This document shows positions 21,076-29,226 of a DNA stretch of 64,000 bases, one piece after another. Both the position numbers and the translations under genes were made by a program. The notes under the pieces are model-generated. The model made no database searches. It was not told where the DNA came from and saw only the letters and a program-made list of their open reading frames with translations. Origin of the DNA: Bacteroidales bacterium UBA2030 (lineage in GTDB: Bacteria; Bacteroidota; Bacteroidia; Bacteroidales; TTA-H9); assembly GCA_002332755.1 (NCBI GenBank), contig DDBO01000164.1, forward strand, positions 5,882-69,881. The letters run 5' to 3'. Position 1 is the first letter of the stretch. Each line of letters opens with the position of its first letter.

Positions 21076-22359
21076 CTACTTCTTACTCGGTTTACTTAAT
21101 TCTTTTATAAAATCCCGAATTAAATCAAAAAAGCCTACATACTCGGTGAATGGGGGACCCTGCGCATTGTCTTCAGGATGATGATAATAAGGCCACTCTT
21201 TACCCGCAGTGTATATAAAAAACGAAGGAACCCCTTTACGGAAAAATGGGCAATGATCGCTATTGCATGATTCTCCCCTGCGATGAATCTGTTTCACATA
21301 ATTTCGCGATTCGTTAATTCTTTCCAAAAGACGGGCATAATTAACAAGTGTATCTCCATTTACCAAACCAATGCCCTCACTGCCGGTTCCTACCATATCA
21401 AAATTAAGTAAGAACCTGACTTTGGAAAGGTCGAAGGGTGGGTTTTCAGCACAAAAATTGGCACCTAACAGACCGGCTTCTTCTCCACTGGTTGCAATAA
21501 AAACCATGGTGTAATATGGCTCATTTCCAGGTATACTGAAATGCCGGGAAAAGTCGAGCAGAGCGGCCACTCCACTGGCGTTGTCGTTAGCACCCGGAAA
21601 CAGGGTATTTTTCCCCATCATCCCCAGATGATCGTAATGAGCAGTTATAACTACCAGACTATCAGGCTGAGCATAACCTGGTATCATACCTATTACGTTG
21701 CGGCTGATATATTTCTCGCGAAAACGATTTTCGAAGGCCAGATAAACAAATTTAGTTTGGGGAGAAATTACACCCTCTCGCATTTGTAGTACCACATAAT
21801 CCTTCATTTTAAGTCCATCGGAAGCTTTCCAGGTAAGTCGACGGGTACTGTCTTTTAAAAAAATATAGCCACCCGCTTTCAAAATATTTGTATCAGCAAA
21901 CTCTTTGTGATATTTATCGGTGACGATAAGAATCTGTGAAAGGTCTTCATTGCGAAGTGCCGAAAAGCGTTCGGATGAGGATACAGAGTCGTTGAGCAGC
22001 CAGCGCAATCCAAAAGCCTGCTCCCTCCCAGGTGAAGATAAGGCCACGAGGTAATCGTAGGCCGGTTTCAATTCCTTTCCATCGGCCATCACGAGCATTT
22101 TCCCGGGAAAAGTATTGATTGAAAGCTGATATTCTTGAAAATAGTTCTTCAAGAGAGGCTTTAAACCAAATCTCTTGTATTGGGAGGCAATAAAATCCGC
22201 CGCACGCTCATCTCCCTCATCTACATATCCTCTTCCCTTCATTTCTTTAGAGGCCAAATTCTTCACCACATAGCGCACGTAATCTACATCCTGGGCATAC
22301 ACCCCAGTCCATGCAATGCTTGCAACAAAAATCAATACTATCCAAGTTCTCTTCATCAT
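21076..22359 (-). CDS. M28 family aminopeptidase, secreted
   Basis: It has the metal-ligand motifs HYDHLG, NDNASGVAALLD, GEEAGLLG and NFDMVG, plus an N-terminal signal peptide. Confidence 0.8.
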   Translation of the reverse strand: MMKRTWIVLIFVASIAWTGVYAQDVDYVRYVVKNLASKEMKGRGYVDEGDERAADFIASQYKRFGLKPLLKNYFQEYQLSINTFPGKMLVMADGKELKPAYDYLVALSSPGREQAFGLRWLLNDSVSSSERFSALRNEDLSQILIVTDKYHKEFADTNILKAGGYIFLKDSTRRLTWKASDGLKMKDYVVLQMREGVISPQTKFVYLAFENRFREKYISRNVIGMIPGYAQPDSLVVITAHYDHLGMMGKNTLFPGANDNASGVAALLDFSRHFSIPGNEPYYTMVFIATSGEEAGLLGANFCAENPPFDLSKVRFLLNFDMVGTGSEGIGLVNGDTLVNYARLLERINESRNYVKQIHRRGESCNSDHCPFFRKGVPSFFIYTAGKEWPYYHHPEDNAQGPPFTEYVGFFDLIRDFIKELSKPSKK

Positions 22360-22429
22360 TATTTTTGTATCAGAATTTTTTCATCAATAGTCAAATTTCA
22401 CTGATTTGACAGTTTATAGGTCTCATCGT

Positions 22430-23230
22430 TTAAGAGGGCTCAATATTGAGGGTAAAATCGTCCCAATCGCGACTCACATTGAACTTTTTTCGGAACGCAG
22501 ATAAAGATTCCCAATCCAATTCTACCCTAAGAAGGTCTTCTACACCAGATTTCCCTTCAGCCATAATCCGGCCTTTGTAATCGATAGCCAGAGCAGGAGC
22601 AGAGTAAGTCATTCCCTGACCATCAGTACCGATACGGTTAACTCCAATAACGTAAGCTTGGTTTTCGAGCGCCCGAGCTATAAGAAGCTGCCGCCAAACC
22701 TCACCCCTGGGATCAGGCCAGTTAGCATGGTAAATCAATACATCATATTCAAAGCCCGTGGATGTTAACCGATTGCGGCTCCACACCGGAAAACGCAAGT
22801 CATAACAAATTTGTGGCCGAATATTAAAGCTCTTCACATGTATACAAATATTTTCCCTTCCGGGAGTGTAGAGCAATTGTTCGTCGCCCGGGCTAAACAG
22901 ATGCCTCTTGTTATAAAATCCCAGAATACCCCCGGCTCCAATATAAAAGCCACGATTATAGAGTTTTCCTTCTTCCTTTATGGGAAGGGTTCCGCAAACC
23001 ACGGCTCCTGTCTGCTTTGCCAGTTGTTTCATCCATTGAACTGTAGGTCCATCGGAATTTTCAGCCAGATCTCTATTGTTTACTGAAAATCCCGTATTAA
23101 AAAACTCGGGAAGCACTATTAAATCAACATCGCTTACCCCTTTTAATAATTCTGTTAAATGCTGACGATTGGCTTCCGGATTTTCCCAGACTATATCGTG
23201 CTGTACTAACAGAACAGTAAGTTTATCCAT
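22430..23230 (-). CDS. carbon-nitrogen hydrolase (nitrilase superfamily, omega-amidase/YafV-like)
   Basis: The Glu-Lys-Cys triad context is present: LPEFFNTGF, YNKRHLF, QICYDLRFP. Confidence 0.85.
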   Translation of the reverse strand: MDKLTVLLVQHDIVWENPEANRQHLTELLKGVSDVDLIVLPEFFNTGFSVNNRDLAENSDGPTVQWMKQLAKQTGAVVCGTLPIKEEGKLYNRGFYIGAGGILGFYNKRHLFSPGDEQLLYTPGRENICIHVKSFNIRPQICYDLRFPVWSRNRLTSTGFEYDVLIYHANWPDPRGEVWRQLLIARALENQAYVIGVNRIGTDGQGMTYSAPALAIDYKGRIMAEGKSGVEDLLRVELDWESLSAFRKKFNVSRDWDDFTLNIEPS

Positions 23231-23255
23231 AAATGAGTCATTTCAGGTATTATGG

Positions 23256-23263
23256 CAAATTTA
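23256..23263 (-). promoter_or_regulatory. -7 box TAaaTTTG for the C-N hydrolase gene
   Basis: Perfect TAnnTTTG on the minus strand, 25 nt upstream of ATG 23230. Confidence 0.55.
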
Positions 23264-23278
23264 GAGATTTGGCCTTTC

Positions 23279-23313
23279 AAAAAAAAGGCTGCCCCTTAAT
23301 TAGAGACAGCCTT
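23279..23313 (-). terminator. rho-independent terminator after groES
   Basis: On the minus strand, stem aaggctg pairs with cagcctt around a 15-nt loop, followed by T8 (plus-strand A8 at 23279-23286). Confidence 0.7.
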
Positions 23314-23341
23314 CATGCAATTATTGTTACTAAAAATCACA

Positions 23342-23629
23342 TTAGATTTCCTCAGTTTCTACAATCTTAGCCAGAAGGTCTCCATAAGGAATGAGGAGGT
23401 ATTTCTTGCCTTCAAATTCAATCTCGGTGCCGGCATATTTTTTAAAGATTACCCTATCGCCGGCCGAGATTTCAGGGTTTTCAACATTGCCGATGGCAAT
23501 TACTTTGGCAATCTGAGGTTTTTCTTTGGCAGTATCGGGAATAATAATGCCCGATGCCGTGCGCTGCTCACCCTGAACTTCGGAATAATCGAGGAGCACA
23601 TTTTGGTTGAGAGGTTGCAGTTCTTTCAT
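23342..23629 (-). CDS. groES: co-chaperonin GroES (10 kDa), with no groEL adjacent
   Basis: 95 aa. The mobile loop and core match GroES (TASGIIIPDTAKEKPQIAKVIAIG...AGDRVIFKKYAGTEIEFEGKKYLL). The next gene downstream is a C-N hydrolase behind a terminator. Confidence 0.9.
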   Translation of the reverse strand: MKELQPLNQNVLLDYSEVQGEQRTASGIIIPDTAKEKPQIAKVIAIGNVENPEISAGDRVIFKKYAGTEIEFEGKKYLLIPYGDLLAKIVETEEI

Positions 23630-23662
23630 GTCTATCAGTTTTATGTTAATTTATTTGTTGAA

Positions 23663-24250
23663 TTATCCGTTTATACCTAAAATTCTGTTGATTCTAACCT
23701 TGTCGAAACCCACAATAATTTCTCCATCAATATCAGCCTGAGGAACTCCCCGCTGTCCACTTTTGCTCACCATTTCTTCAGCAGCATTGGGATCAGAAGC
23801 TACATCCACTTCGGTGAAACGAATGCCATGTTTGCGCAGATGGGCTTTTAAAGCATTGCACCATGTGCAAGTGGGTGTAGTATATACTGTTACTCTTTTT
23901 TGAGGAGCCTCGCCCTCTGCCAAAGGAGAGCTGAAAAGAGAATTTTCAATGTAGGCCCTGTAGTAATCAGGGGGATTACATCCTTTTACAACATTCTTGA
24001 ACTCACCCCCATTAAATTCAAGAAGGGTTGGGACGGAAGAAACGTTGTAAACCGGGTGAATGTCGCGAACCTCACCCACATTGGCTTTCATCATGACAAC
24101 TTTGTCGGCAGGAATTTCTACTGACTCAAGGTTTTTTAATGCACATTCACTTTGGGGGCTGCCTTCTTTATACAGCAATAAAAAAGCTCGTTCTGTTCCT
24201 TTCAGCTTCTCTTGCAATTCCAGATAAGAATTGACTTTCAGTAATTCCAT
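23663..24250 (-). CDS. two-thioredoxin-fold protein: Trx-like N-unit with a degenerate active site plus a glutaredoxin-like C-unit (CTWC)
   Basis: The N-unit has only ...GSPQSECA... where a CxxC is expected, plus the cis-Pro context VSSVPTLLEF. The C-unit VTVYTTPTCTWCNALKAHLRKHGIRFTEVDV...GVPQADIDGEIIVGF is a classic Grx/NrdH-like fold. Confidence 0.7.
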   Translation of the reverse strand: MELLKVNSYLELQEKLKGTERAFLLLYKEGSPQSECALKNLESVEIPADKVVMMKANVGEVRDIHPVYNVSSVPTLLEFNGGEFKNVVKGCNPPDYYRAYIENSLFSSPLAEGEAPQKRVTVYTTPTCTWCNALKAHLRKHGIRFTEVDVASDPNAAEEMVSKSGQRGVPQADIDGEIIVGFDKVRINRILGING

Positions 24251-24274
24251 GGTAATTCTTTTTGCCCCAATCTG

Positions 24275-24290
24275 ACAAATAATGTGCCAA
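24275..24290 (-). promoter_or_regulatory. sigma-54-like -24/-12 element (TTGGCAC-N5-TTGT) upstream of the Trx/Grx-groES pair
   Basis: The minus strand reads TTGGCACattatTTGTcagattggggcaaaaagaattaccATG. Spacing is as in the TGGCAC-N5-TTGC consensus, with T instead of C at -12. I saw no TAnnTTTG box in this upstream region. Confidence 0.35.
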
Positions 24291-24382
24291 CAATTCTTGA
24301 TTAATTAAACAAAGAATTACAAATCAATATTTTAAATACAAATTTAAAAAAATATATGTGTCAATATGACAAAAGAATTATG

Positions 24383-25321
24383 TCAGGCCAAATCTTCCAG
24401 ATTTGAAATAATGTCAGGCAGGCGACGCAGGGCAGCTATTTCACGCCATTTGGCACGGGCTTCAATGGCGGGCACACCGAAATAGGTTTTTCCCCCTTCG
24501 AGCGATTTGGAAACACCGCTATGAGCAAGCAGTACGGCTCCTTTACCTATCACAAGGTCTTTGTTAACTGATACTCTTCCCCACAGTATGACATCGTCTT
24601 CGATGACAGTGACACCTGCAATAGCACAATGGGCTCCGATGAGACAATTGCGACCTATACGGGTATCGTGACCTACCTGGACATGATTGTCGAATTTAGT
24701 ACCGTCGCCTATGATGGTATCACAGGACACACCACGGTCGATGGCACAAAGGGCGCCAATTTCCACACGATTTCCTATGATCACGCGTCCGCACGATTCC
24801 AATTTACGGTATCCTTCAGGTTTACGCTGAAAATAATATGCATCGGCACCGATAACCGTATTGGAATGAATGATAACCTCATCGCCTATAATGGTATGGT
24901 CATAAATGCTTACATTGGCGTGGATGATGCAATTTTCTCCAATAGTAACATTGTTACCAATAAATGCACCGGGTTGAATAATTGTACCTTCTCCGATAAT
25001 GGCTGAAGGGCTAATGGCGGCTGCAGAAGGAACAAAAGGACGAAAGCGCCGGGCTAAAGATACCCAGGCAGCAAAGGGATCGTCGTGTATCAGCAAGGCT
25101 TTTCCTTCAGAGCAATCAACTTTTTGGTTGATAAGAATGAAAGTAGCTGCACTGGAGAGGGCTTTCTGATAATACTTTGGGTGATCTACAAAAGTAAGAT
25201 CACCCGGACGTACCCTGTGTATCTCATTCATTCCTGTTACCAGCCATTCGGTATCGCCCACAAGATCGGCACCCGTCAGCTGGGCAATCAGACCCAGCGC
25301 TAATGGCTCAGGGAAATTCAC
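24383..25321 (-). CDS. lpxD: UDP-3-O-acylglucosamine N-acyltransferase
   Basis: It has an LpxD-type N-terminal domain (DLTFVDHPKYYQKA) followed by a long left-handed beta-helix of hexapeptide repeats. It has an apparent GTG start and lies 20 nt downstream of efp. Confidence 0.8.
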   Translation of the reverse strand: MNFPEPLALGLIAQLTGADLVGDTEWLVTGMNEIHRVRPGDLTFVDHPKYYQKALSSAATFILINQKVDCSEGKALLIHDDPFAAWVSLARRFRPFVPSAAAISPSAIIGEGTIIQPGAFIGNNVTIGENCIIHANVSIYDHTIIGDEVIIHSNTVIGADAYYFQRKPEGYRKLESCGRVIIGNRVEIGALCAIDRGVSCDTIIGDGTKFDNHVQVGHDTRIGRNCLIGAHCAIAGVTVIEDDVILWGRVSVNKDLVIGKGAVLLAHSGVSKSLEGGKTYFGVPAIEARAKWREIAALRRLPDIISNLEDLA

Positions 25322-25340
25322 AGTTAAAGGGAGTTAATGT

Positions 25341-25907
25341 TCAATTTTTAACGCGTTCTACGTAATCTCCAGTGCGAGTATCGATACGCACAACTTCACC
25401 TGTATTCACAAAAAGAGGTACTCTAACGGTGGCTCCGGTTTCTACAGTTGCGGGCTTTAGTGTATTGGTGGCAGTATTGCCCCTTTCTCCGGGTTCAGTA
25501 TAGGTAATTTCAAGGTCAACAAAAGTGGGAAGCTCGCAGTTGATGGGTTGTTCGTTATCAGCCAAAAAGGTAACATCGCAAATCATACCTTCTTTAAGAA
25601 ACTGCGGTGCATCAATCATTTCCTTGGGCAGACTAATCTGTTCATAGGTTTCGCTATGCATGAAATAATAATCGTCGCCATCGGCATAGAGAAATTGATA
25701 TTGTCGGCGTTCAACCCTGATGATATCTATTTTCTCACCAGCTGTGAAGGTATTGGGAATAACACGTCCGGTACGGAGGTTTTTAAGCTTGGTTCGCACA
25801 AAAGCCCCACCTTTCCCTGGTTTCACATGCTGAAATTCTACAATGGTGTAAGGTTCTCCATTGAACTCAATGCAAAGTCCGTTCTTGAAATCCGCAGTAG
25901 TTGCCAT
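25341..25907 (-). CDS. efp: elongation factor P
   Basis: 188 aa with the VKPGKGGAFVRTKLKN loop motif. Confidence 0.95.
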   Translation of the reverse strand: MATTADFKNGLCIEFNGEPYTIVEFQHVKPGKGGAFVRTKLKNLRTGRVIPNTFTAGEKIDIIRVERRQYQFLYADGDDYYFMHSETYEQISLPKEMIDAPQFLKEGMICDVTFLADNEQPINCELPTFVDLEITYTEPGERGNTATNTLKPATVETGATVRVPLFVNTGEVVRIDTRTGDYVERVKN

Positions 25908-25944
25908 ATAATTGCTTTATTTCTTGGTATTTAGAAATTTTTTG

Positions 25945-25952
25945 CAAAAATA
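25945..25952 (-). promoter_or_regulatory. -7 box TAttTTTG for efp-lpxD
   Basis: Perfect TAnnTTTG on the minus strand, 38 nt upstream of ATG 25907, inside the palindrome atttttgcaaaaat. Confidence 0.5.
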
Positions 25953-26019
25953 CATCATTTCCTCATGTCCACAAAATACAGTCAATAAGGAATTTAAGAA
26001 ATTTTCCGGCTAATGAGAG

Positions 26020-26631
26020 TTAAAGTTGTAATATTTCAGTACAAAAGTCGTATTCACTGGGTTGATGATTTGAGCAAACAACCAGAGTGCGCTGATGGCA
26101 ACAGGTCGAAATGAGCTTGTGGAACCATTCCGTTGCACTAGCATCGAGATTGCTGCAGGGTTCATCGAGAAGCACAAGCGGAGTATCAGATAATAGGGCA
26201 AGCGTTAGCCTAGCTCGCTGCTTCATTCCCGAAGAAAAATGACGGATTAGCTTGTTTTTAGCATCTTCCAACCCTGAAACACCGATAATTTCATTTTCAG
26301 TCATATTATGAAATGGTTTTTTAAACTGAAAATGAAAATGTACCAATTCGGCCAGTGTAAACTCTTCTATAAGCTCTAGATAAGGCGAAGCAATGGATAT
26401 ATATGAATAAAGTTGCGAGGGTTCACTCAAAATCTGATTCTCAAGGGAATAGGTTATTGAACCTTCTGAGGGATTGAGCCAGCCTGAAATAATTTTCAAA
26501 AGAGTAGATTTGCCACTGCCATTGGCACCAAGGATAGCCAGCCTTCCTCCAGCTGAAATTTTAAGGTCAAGCCTGCGGAAAACCCATTGTCTTCCAAACT
26601 TCTTACCTATTCCATCGAGTATTATCTGCAT
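26020..26631 (-). CDS. ABC transporter ATP-binding protein (short, stand-alone)
   Basis: It has Walker A GANGSGKST, the signature FSSGMKQR and Walker B LVLLDEP. No permease gene is adjacent. Confidence 0.85.
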   Translation of the reverse strand: MQIILDGIGKKFGRQWVFRRLDLKISAGGRLAILGANGSGKSTLLKIISGWLNPSEGSITYSLENQILSEPSQLYSYISIASPYLELIEEFTLAELVHFHFQFKKPFHNMTENEIIGVSGLEDAKNKLIRHFSSGMKQRARLTLALLSDTPLVLLDEPCSNLDASATEWFHKLISTCCHQRTLVVCSNHQPSEYDFCTEILQL

Positions 26632-26650
26632 CTGCTTAATATAAAGCCAC

Positions 26651-26658
26651 TAATTTTG
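26651..26658 (+). promoter_or_regulatory. -7 box TAatTTTG for the nitroreductase-radical SAM operon
   Basis: Perfect TAnnTTTG, 20 nt upstream of ATG 26678. Confidence 0.55.
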
Positions 26659-26677
26659 CGGTAAAATTAAAGTGAAA

Positions 26678-27196
26678 ATGGACATAATCAGGGAACGACG
26701 GAGTATCAGAAAATTTAAGACCACAGACATTAGTCAGGAAGATGTTCACTCAATACTGGATGCGGCTATGCATGCACCATCGGCAGGGAATCAAAGGCCC
26801 TGGCATTTTATCGTTTTCCGAAATGAAGAGACTAAAAAAATGCTGGCCCAAACCGGACCCAATGCCCGTTTTGCAGCGGAATGCCCGGTGGTAATTTTGG
26901 TTTGCGGTGACACCTCTCGCGAAACCCATAAGGGCTATTGGCCTGTAGATTGCGCAGCAGCAGTTCAAAACATGCTGCTGGAAGCCACGGCCCGTGGTCT
27001 TGGGAGTCTTTGGCTTGGCGTCTATCCCCGACAGGAAAGAATTGATTATCTCTCTCAAAATCTTCAGCTTCCGAAACATATTGTTCCATTTGCCCTGGTT
27101 TGCTTCGGTTACGCAGCAGATCATCCTTCGAAAAGAGGATTTTACGATCCGGCCTTGGTCTCTTTTGAGCGTTGGAACAAACAAACTATTCAATAA
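26678..27196 (+). CDS. nitroreductase family protein
   Basis: It has RRSIRKF and PSAGNQRPWHF motifs. The start was moved from GTG 26672 to ATG 26678. Confidence 0.85.
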   Translation: MDIIRERRSIRKFKTTDISQEDVHSILDAAMHAPSAGNQRPWHFIVFRNEETKKMLAQTGPNARFAAECPVVILVCGDTSRETHKGYWPVDCAAAVQNMLLEATARGLGSLWLGVYPRQERIDYLSQNLQLPKHIVPFALVCFGYAADHPSKRGFYDPALVSFERWNKQTIQ

Positions 27197-27212
27197 TTTA
27201 AAAGCACTTATT

Positions 27213-27986
27213 ATGACTTTTCTTTTCTCAGACACGATTTTTGGACCTGTTCATAGCAGAAGATTTGGAAATTCGTTGGGAATAAATCTTCTACCCAATA
27301 GCTACAAAGTGTGCAGTTTCGATTGTATCTATTGCGAATGCGGCTATACCCTGGTTCCGCCCGAGAAAAGAGAAGACATGCCTACCCGCGAGTGGGTAGC
27401 AGAGAGCCTTGAAAAAAAACTGAGGAACATGCTAAGTGAGGGCAACTTTCCGGATAGCATAACTTTTGCAGGTAATGGAGAACCTACTCTTCACCCGGCC
27501 TTTCCAGGTATCATGGAAGATACTATAGCCCTCCGAAACAAGTATTTCCCTCAGGCGAAAATTACTGTACTCTCCAACGCAAGTCGGGTGCACAACCAAG
27601 AAGTTAGAATGGCATTGCTGAAAGCGGACTATAATGTTTTAAAACTTGATGCAGGGCTTGAGGCCACCTTTCACCTGATAAATAGACCACCCAAAGATCT
27701 GACCCTTCAAAAAATTGTTGAAAACCTTCTTTATTTTAAAGGAGACCTCATCATTCAAACCATGTTTATTAAAGGCATTATCAACAACCAGGCTTTCGAC
27801 AATACCACTCCTGAAGAAACAGCTGCATGGCTCAGTTTACTGTTGAAAATAAAGCCAAGGTTAGTTATGATTTATTCCATTGCCCGCGAAACACCTGCCG
27901 AAGGGATAGTTGCTATACCGAAAACCCAATTGCAAAATATTGCCCACATGGTAATGAAAACAGGATTAAATGCCGAGGTGTATTGA
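27213..27986 (+). CDS. radical SAM protein of unknown specificity
   Basis: It has the CSFDCIYC (CxxxCxxC) cluster motif preceded by FGPVHSRRFGNSLGINL. The start was moved to ATG 27213, because the track extension overlaps the nitroreductase gene. Confidence 0.8.
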   Translation: MTFLFSDTIFGPVHSRRFGNSLGINLLPNSYKVCSFDCIYCECGYTLVPPEKREDMPTREWVAESLEKKLRNMLSEGNFPDSITFAGNGEPTLHPAFPGIMEDTIALRNKYFPQAKITVLSNASRVHNQEVRMALLKADYNVLKLDAGLEATFHLINRPPKDLTLQKIVENLLYFKGDLIIQTMFIKGIINNQAFDNTTPEETAAWLSLLLKIKPRLVMIYSIARETPAEGIVAIPKTQLQNIAHMVMKTGLNAEVY

Positions 27987-28381
27987 TGCTACAATATCCT
28001 AAAGACATATTGCATGCTTTTGGTGAAACCATCACGGGTGATGATGAAAAACTCATGTGGTTATTTAATAATGGTTATCCCGAATTGGCTGCACTTTCGC
28101 GAAGCATCAGGGGGAGTGAAGAGGCTTTTAAATTTCTGCTCAAACATTACCCTCATCTGGCTGCACTGGATGCTGCCATAGATAACAACCCTAAAGCTTA
28201 TCTCTGGCTAAAAGAACATAAGCTTTTATTCAGCATCATATTTGCTGATGCATGCCGCAATAAGGCTGAGGCCATTAAGTGGCTTCAAGACAGGAAACAG
28301 GACATATTTCTGATGCTGGCAGCTAAAATTGATCACTTTAGGGAAACCCAATACTTTAATATTTACAAAAAGCATTTTTGA
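27986..28381 (+). CDS. hypothetical 131-aa helical-repeat protein
   Basis: Its ATG overlaps the radical SAM stop (TGATG at 27984-27988). It contains four ~24-aa repeats of the form x-A-x-x-W/F-L-x(7)-L-A-A-L-x-x-A-I (LMWLFNNGYPELAALSRSI / FKFLLKHYPHLAALDAAI / YLWLKEHKLLFSIIFADA / IKWLQDRKQDIFLMLAAKI). Confidence 0.5.
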   Translation: MLQYPKDILHAFGETITGDDEKLMWLFNNGYPELAALSRSIRGSEEAFKFLLKHYPHLAALDAAIDNNPKAYLWLKEHKLLFSIIFADACRNKAEAIKWLQDRKQDIFLMLAAKIDHFRETQYFNIYKKHF

Positions 28382-28396
28382 CTTTAGACGCACATC

Positions 28397-28843
28397 CTAA
28401 CGCTTTTTGCGAAAAAAATCTGTCATCAAAGAAGCGCACTCTGAGGCGCGTAAACCACTAACTACAAGGGTTTTGGGATGTAATAAACGTCCCTGAATGA
28501 GTGAATAACCCATTTTGGGATCGGGAGCTCCATAGACAACTTTACCCATTTGAGCCCAACCAAGTGCCGCTGCACACATAGGGCATGGTTCAATAGTAAC
28601 ATAAATAGTGCAATCGACCAGGTATTTAGCGCCAAGAAAATTCTCGGCTGCCGTTATGGCAATCATTTCGGCGTGGGCTGTGACGTCGTTGAGGCGCTCC
28701 GTCATATTATGCGCTCTGGCAATAATTTTACCATCGCATACAATTACAGCACCAATGGGAACCTCATCCTCAGCAGCAGCCAGTTTTGCTTCCTTAAGGG
28801 CTTCACCCATGTAATGCTCATCAGAAAATACACTAAACCCCAT
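28397..28843 (-). CDS. tadA: tRNA-specific adenosine deaminase
   Basis: It has CMP/dCMP-type zinc motifs HAEMIAI and PCPMCAAAL, is 148 aa long, and has the N-terminal MGEALKEAKLA...EVPIGAV context. Confidence 0.9.
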   Translation of the reverse strand: MGFSVFSDEHYMGEALKEAKLAAAEDEVPIGAVIVCDGKIIARAHNMTERLNDVTAHAEMIAITAAENFLGAKYLVDCTIYVTIEPCPMCAAALGWAQMGKVVYGAPDPKMGYSLIQGRLLHPKTLVVSGLRASECASLMTDFFRKKR

Positions 28844-29226
28844 TACTGTAGGTATTTATCAAGGGTTTGAAGTAAGAAGTCGAGAGAGATAGGTTTGGTC
28901 ATAAACTCGCTGCATCCTGCAGCCAAACTGTCTTTGGCATCTCCCGATTGAATATGCGCTGTTTGAGCTATAATGGGTAATGCAGGGAATTCTTCATGAA
29001 TAAGTTTAGAGGCCATGATGCCGTTCATCACAGGTAAATCAAGGTCCATAAAAACGAGGTCAGGAGGGTTGTTTCTGACGCTTTCTATTGCCTCAATACC
29101 AGTTCGGGCCCATATCAGGGTGGCTCCTGTTCGCCGGAGGGCAGCTGAAAAATAATGCCGGCTGGTTTCCGAATCTTCAGCAATGAGAATTACCTTACCC
29201 GTCCAGTTGTATTCTTTTTTAATCAT
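28843..29226 (-). CDS. single-domain response regulator (receiver only)
   Basis: 127 aa with a complete receiver signature: ED pair, phospho-acceptor D in LVFMDLDLP, T in AQTAH and K in MTKP. There is no output domain. Confidence 0.9.
   Translation of the reverse strand: MIKKEYNWTGKVILIAEDSETSRHYFSAALRRTGATLIWARTGIEAIESVRNNPPDLVFMDLDLPVMNGIMASKLIHEEFPALPIIAQTAHIQSGDAKDSLAAGCSEFMTKPISLDFLLQTLDKYLQ

Noticed and set aside
26994-28381. The long track ORFs 26994-27986 and 27827-28381 imply extensive gene overlaps.
   Set aside because: The N-terminal extensions overlap the preceding genes in another frame and have no family-like sequence. Internal ATGs at 27213 and 27986 give the canonical protein N-termini and tight operon spacing.
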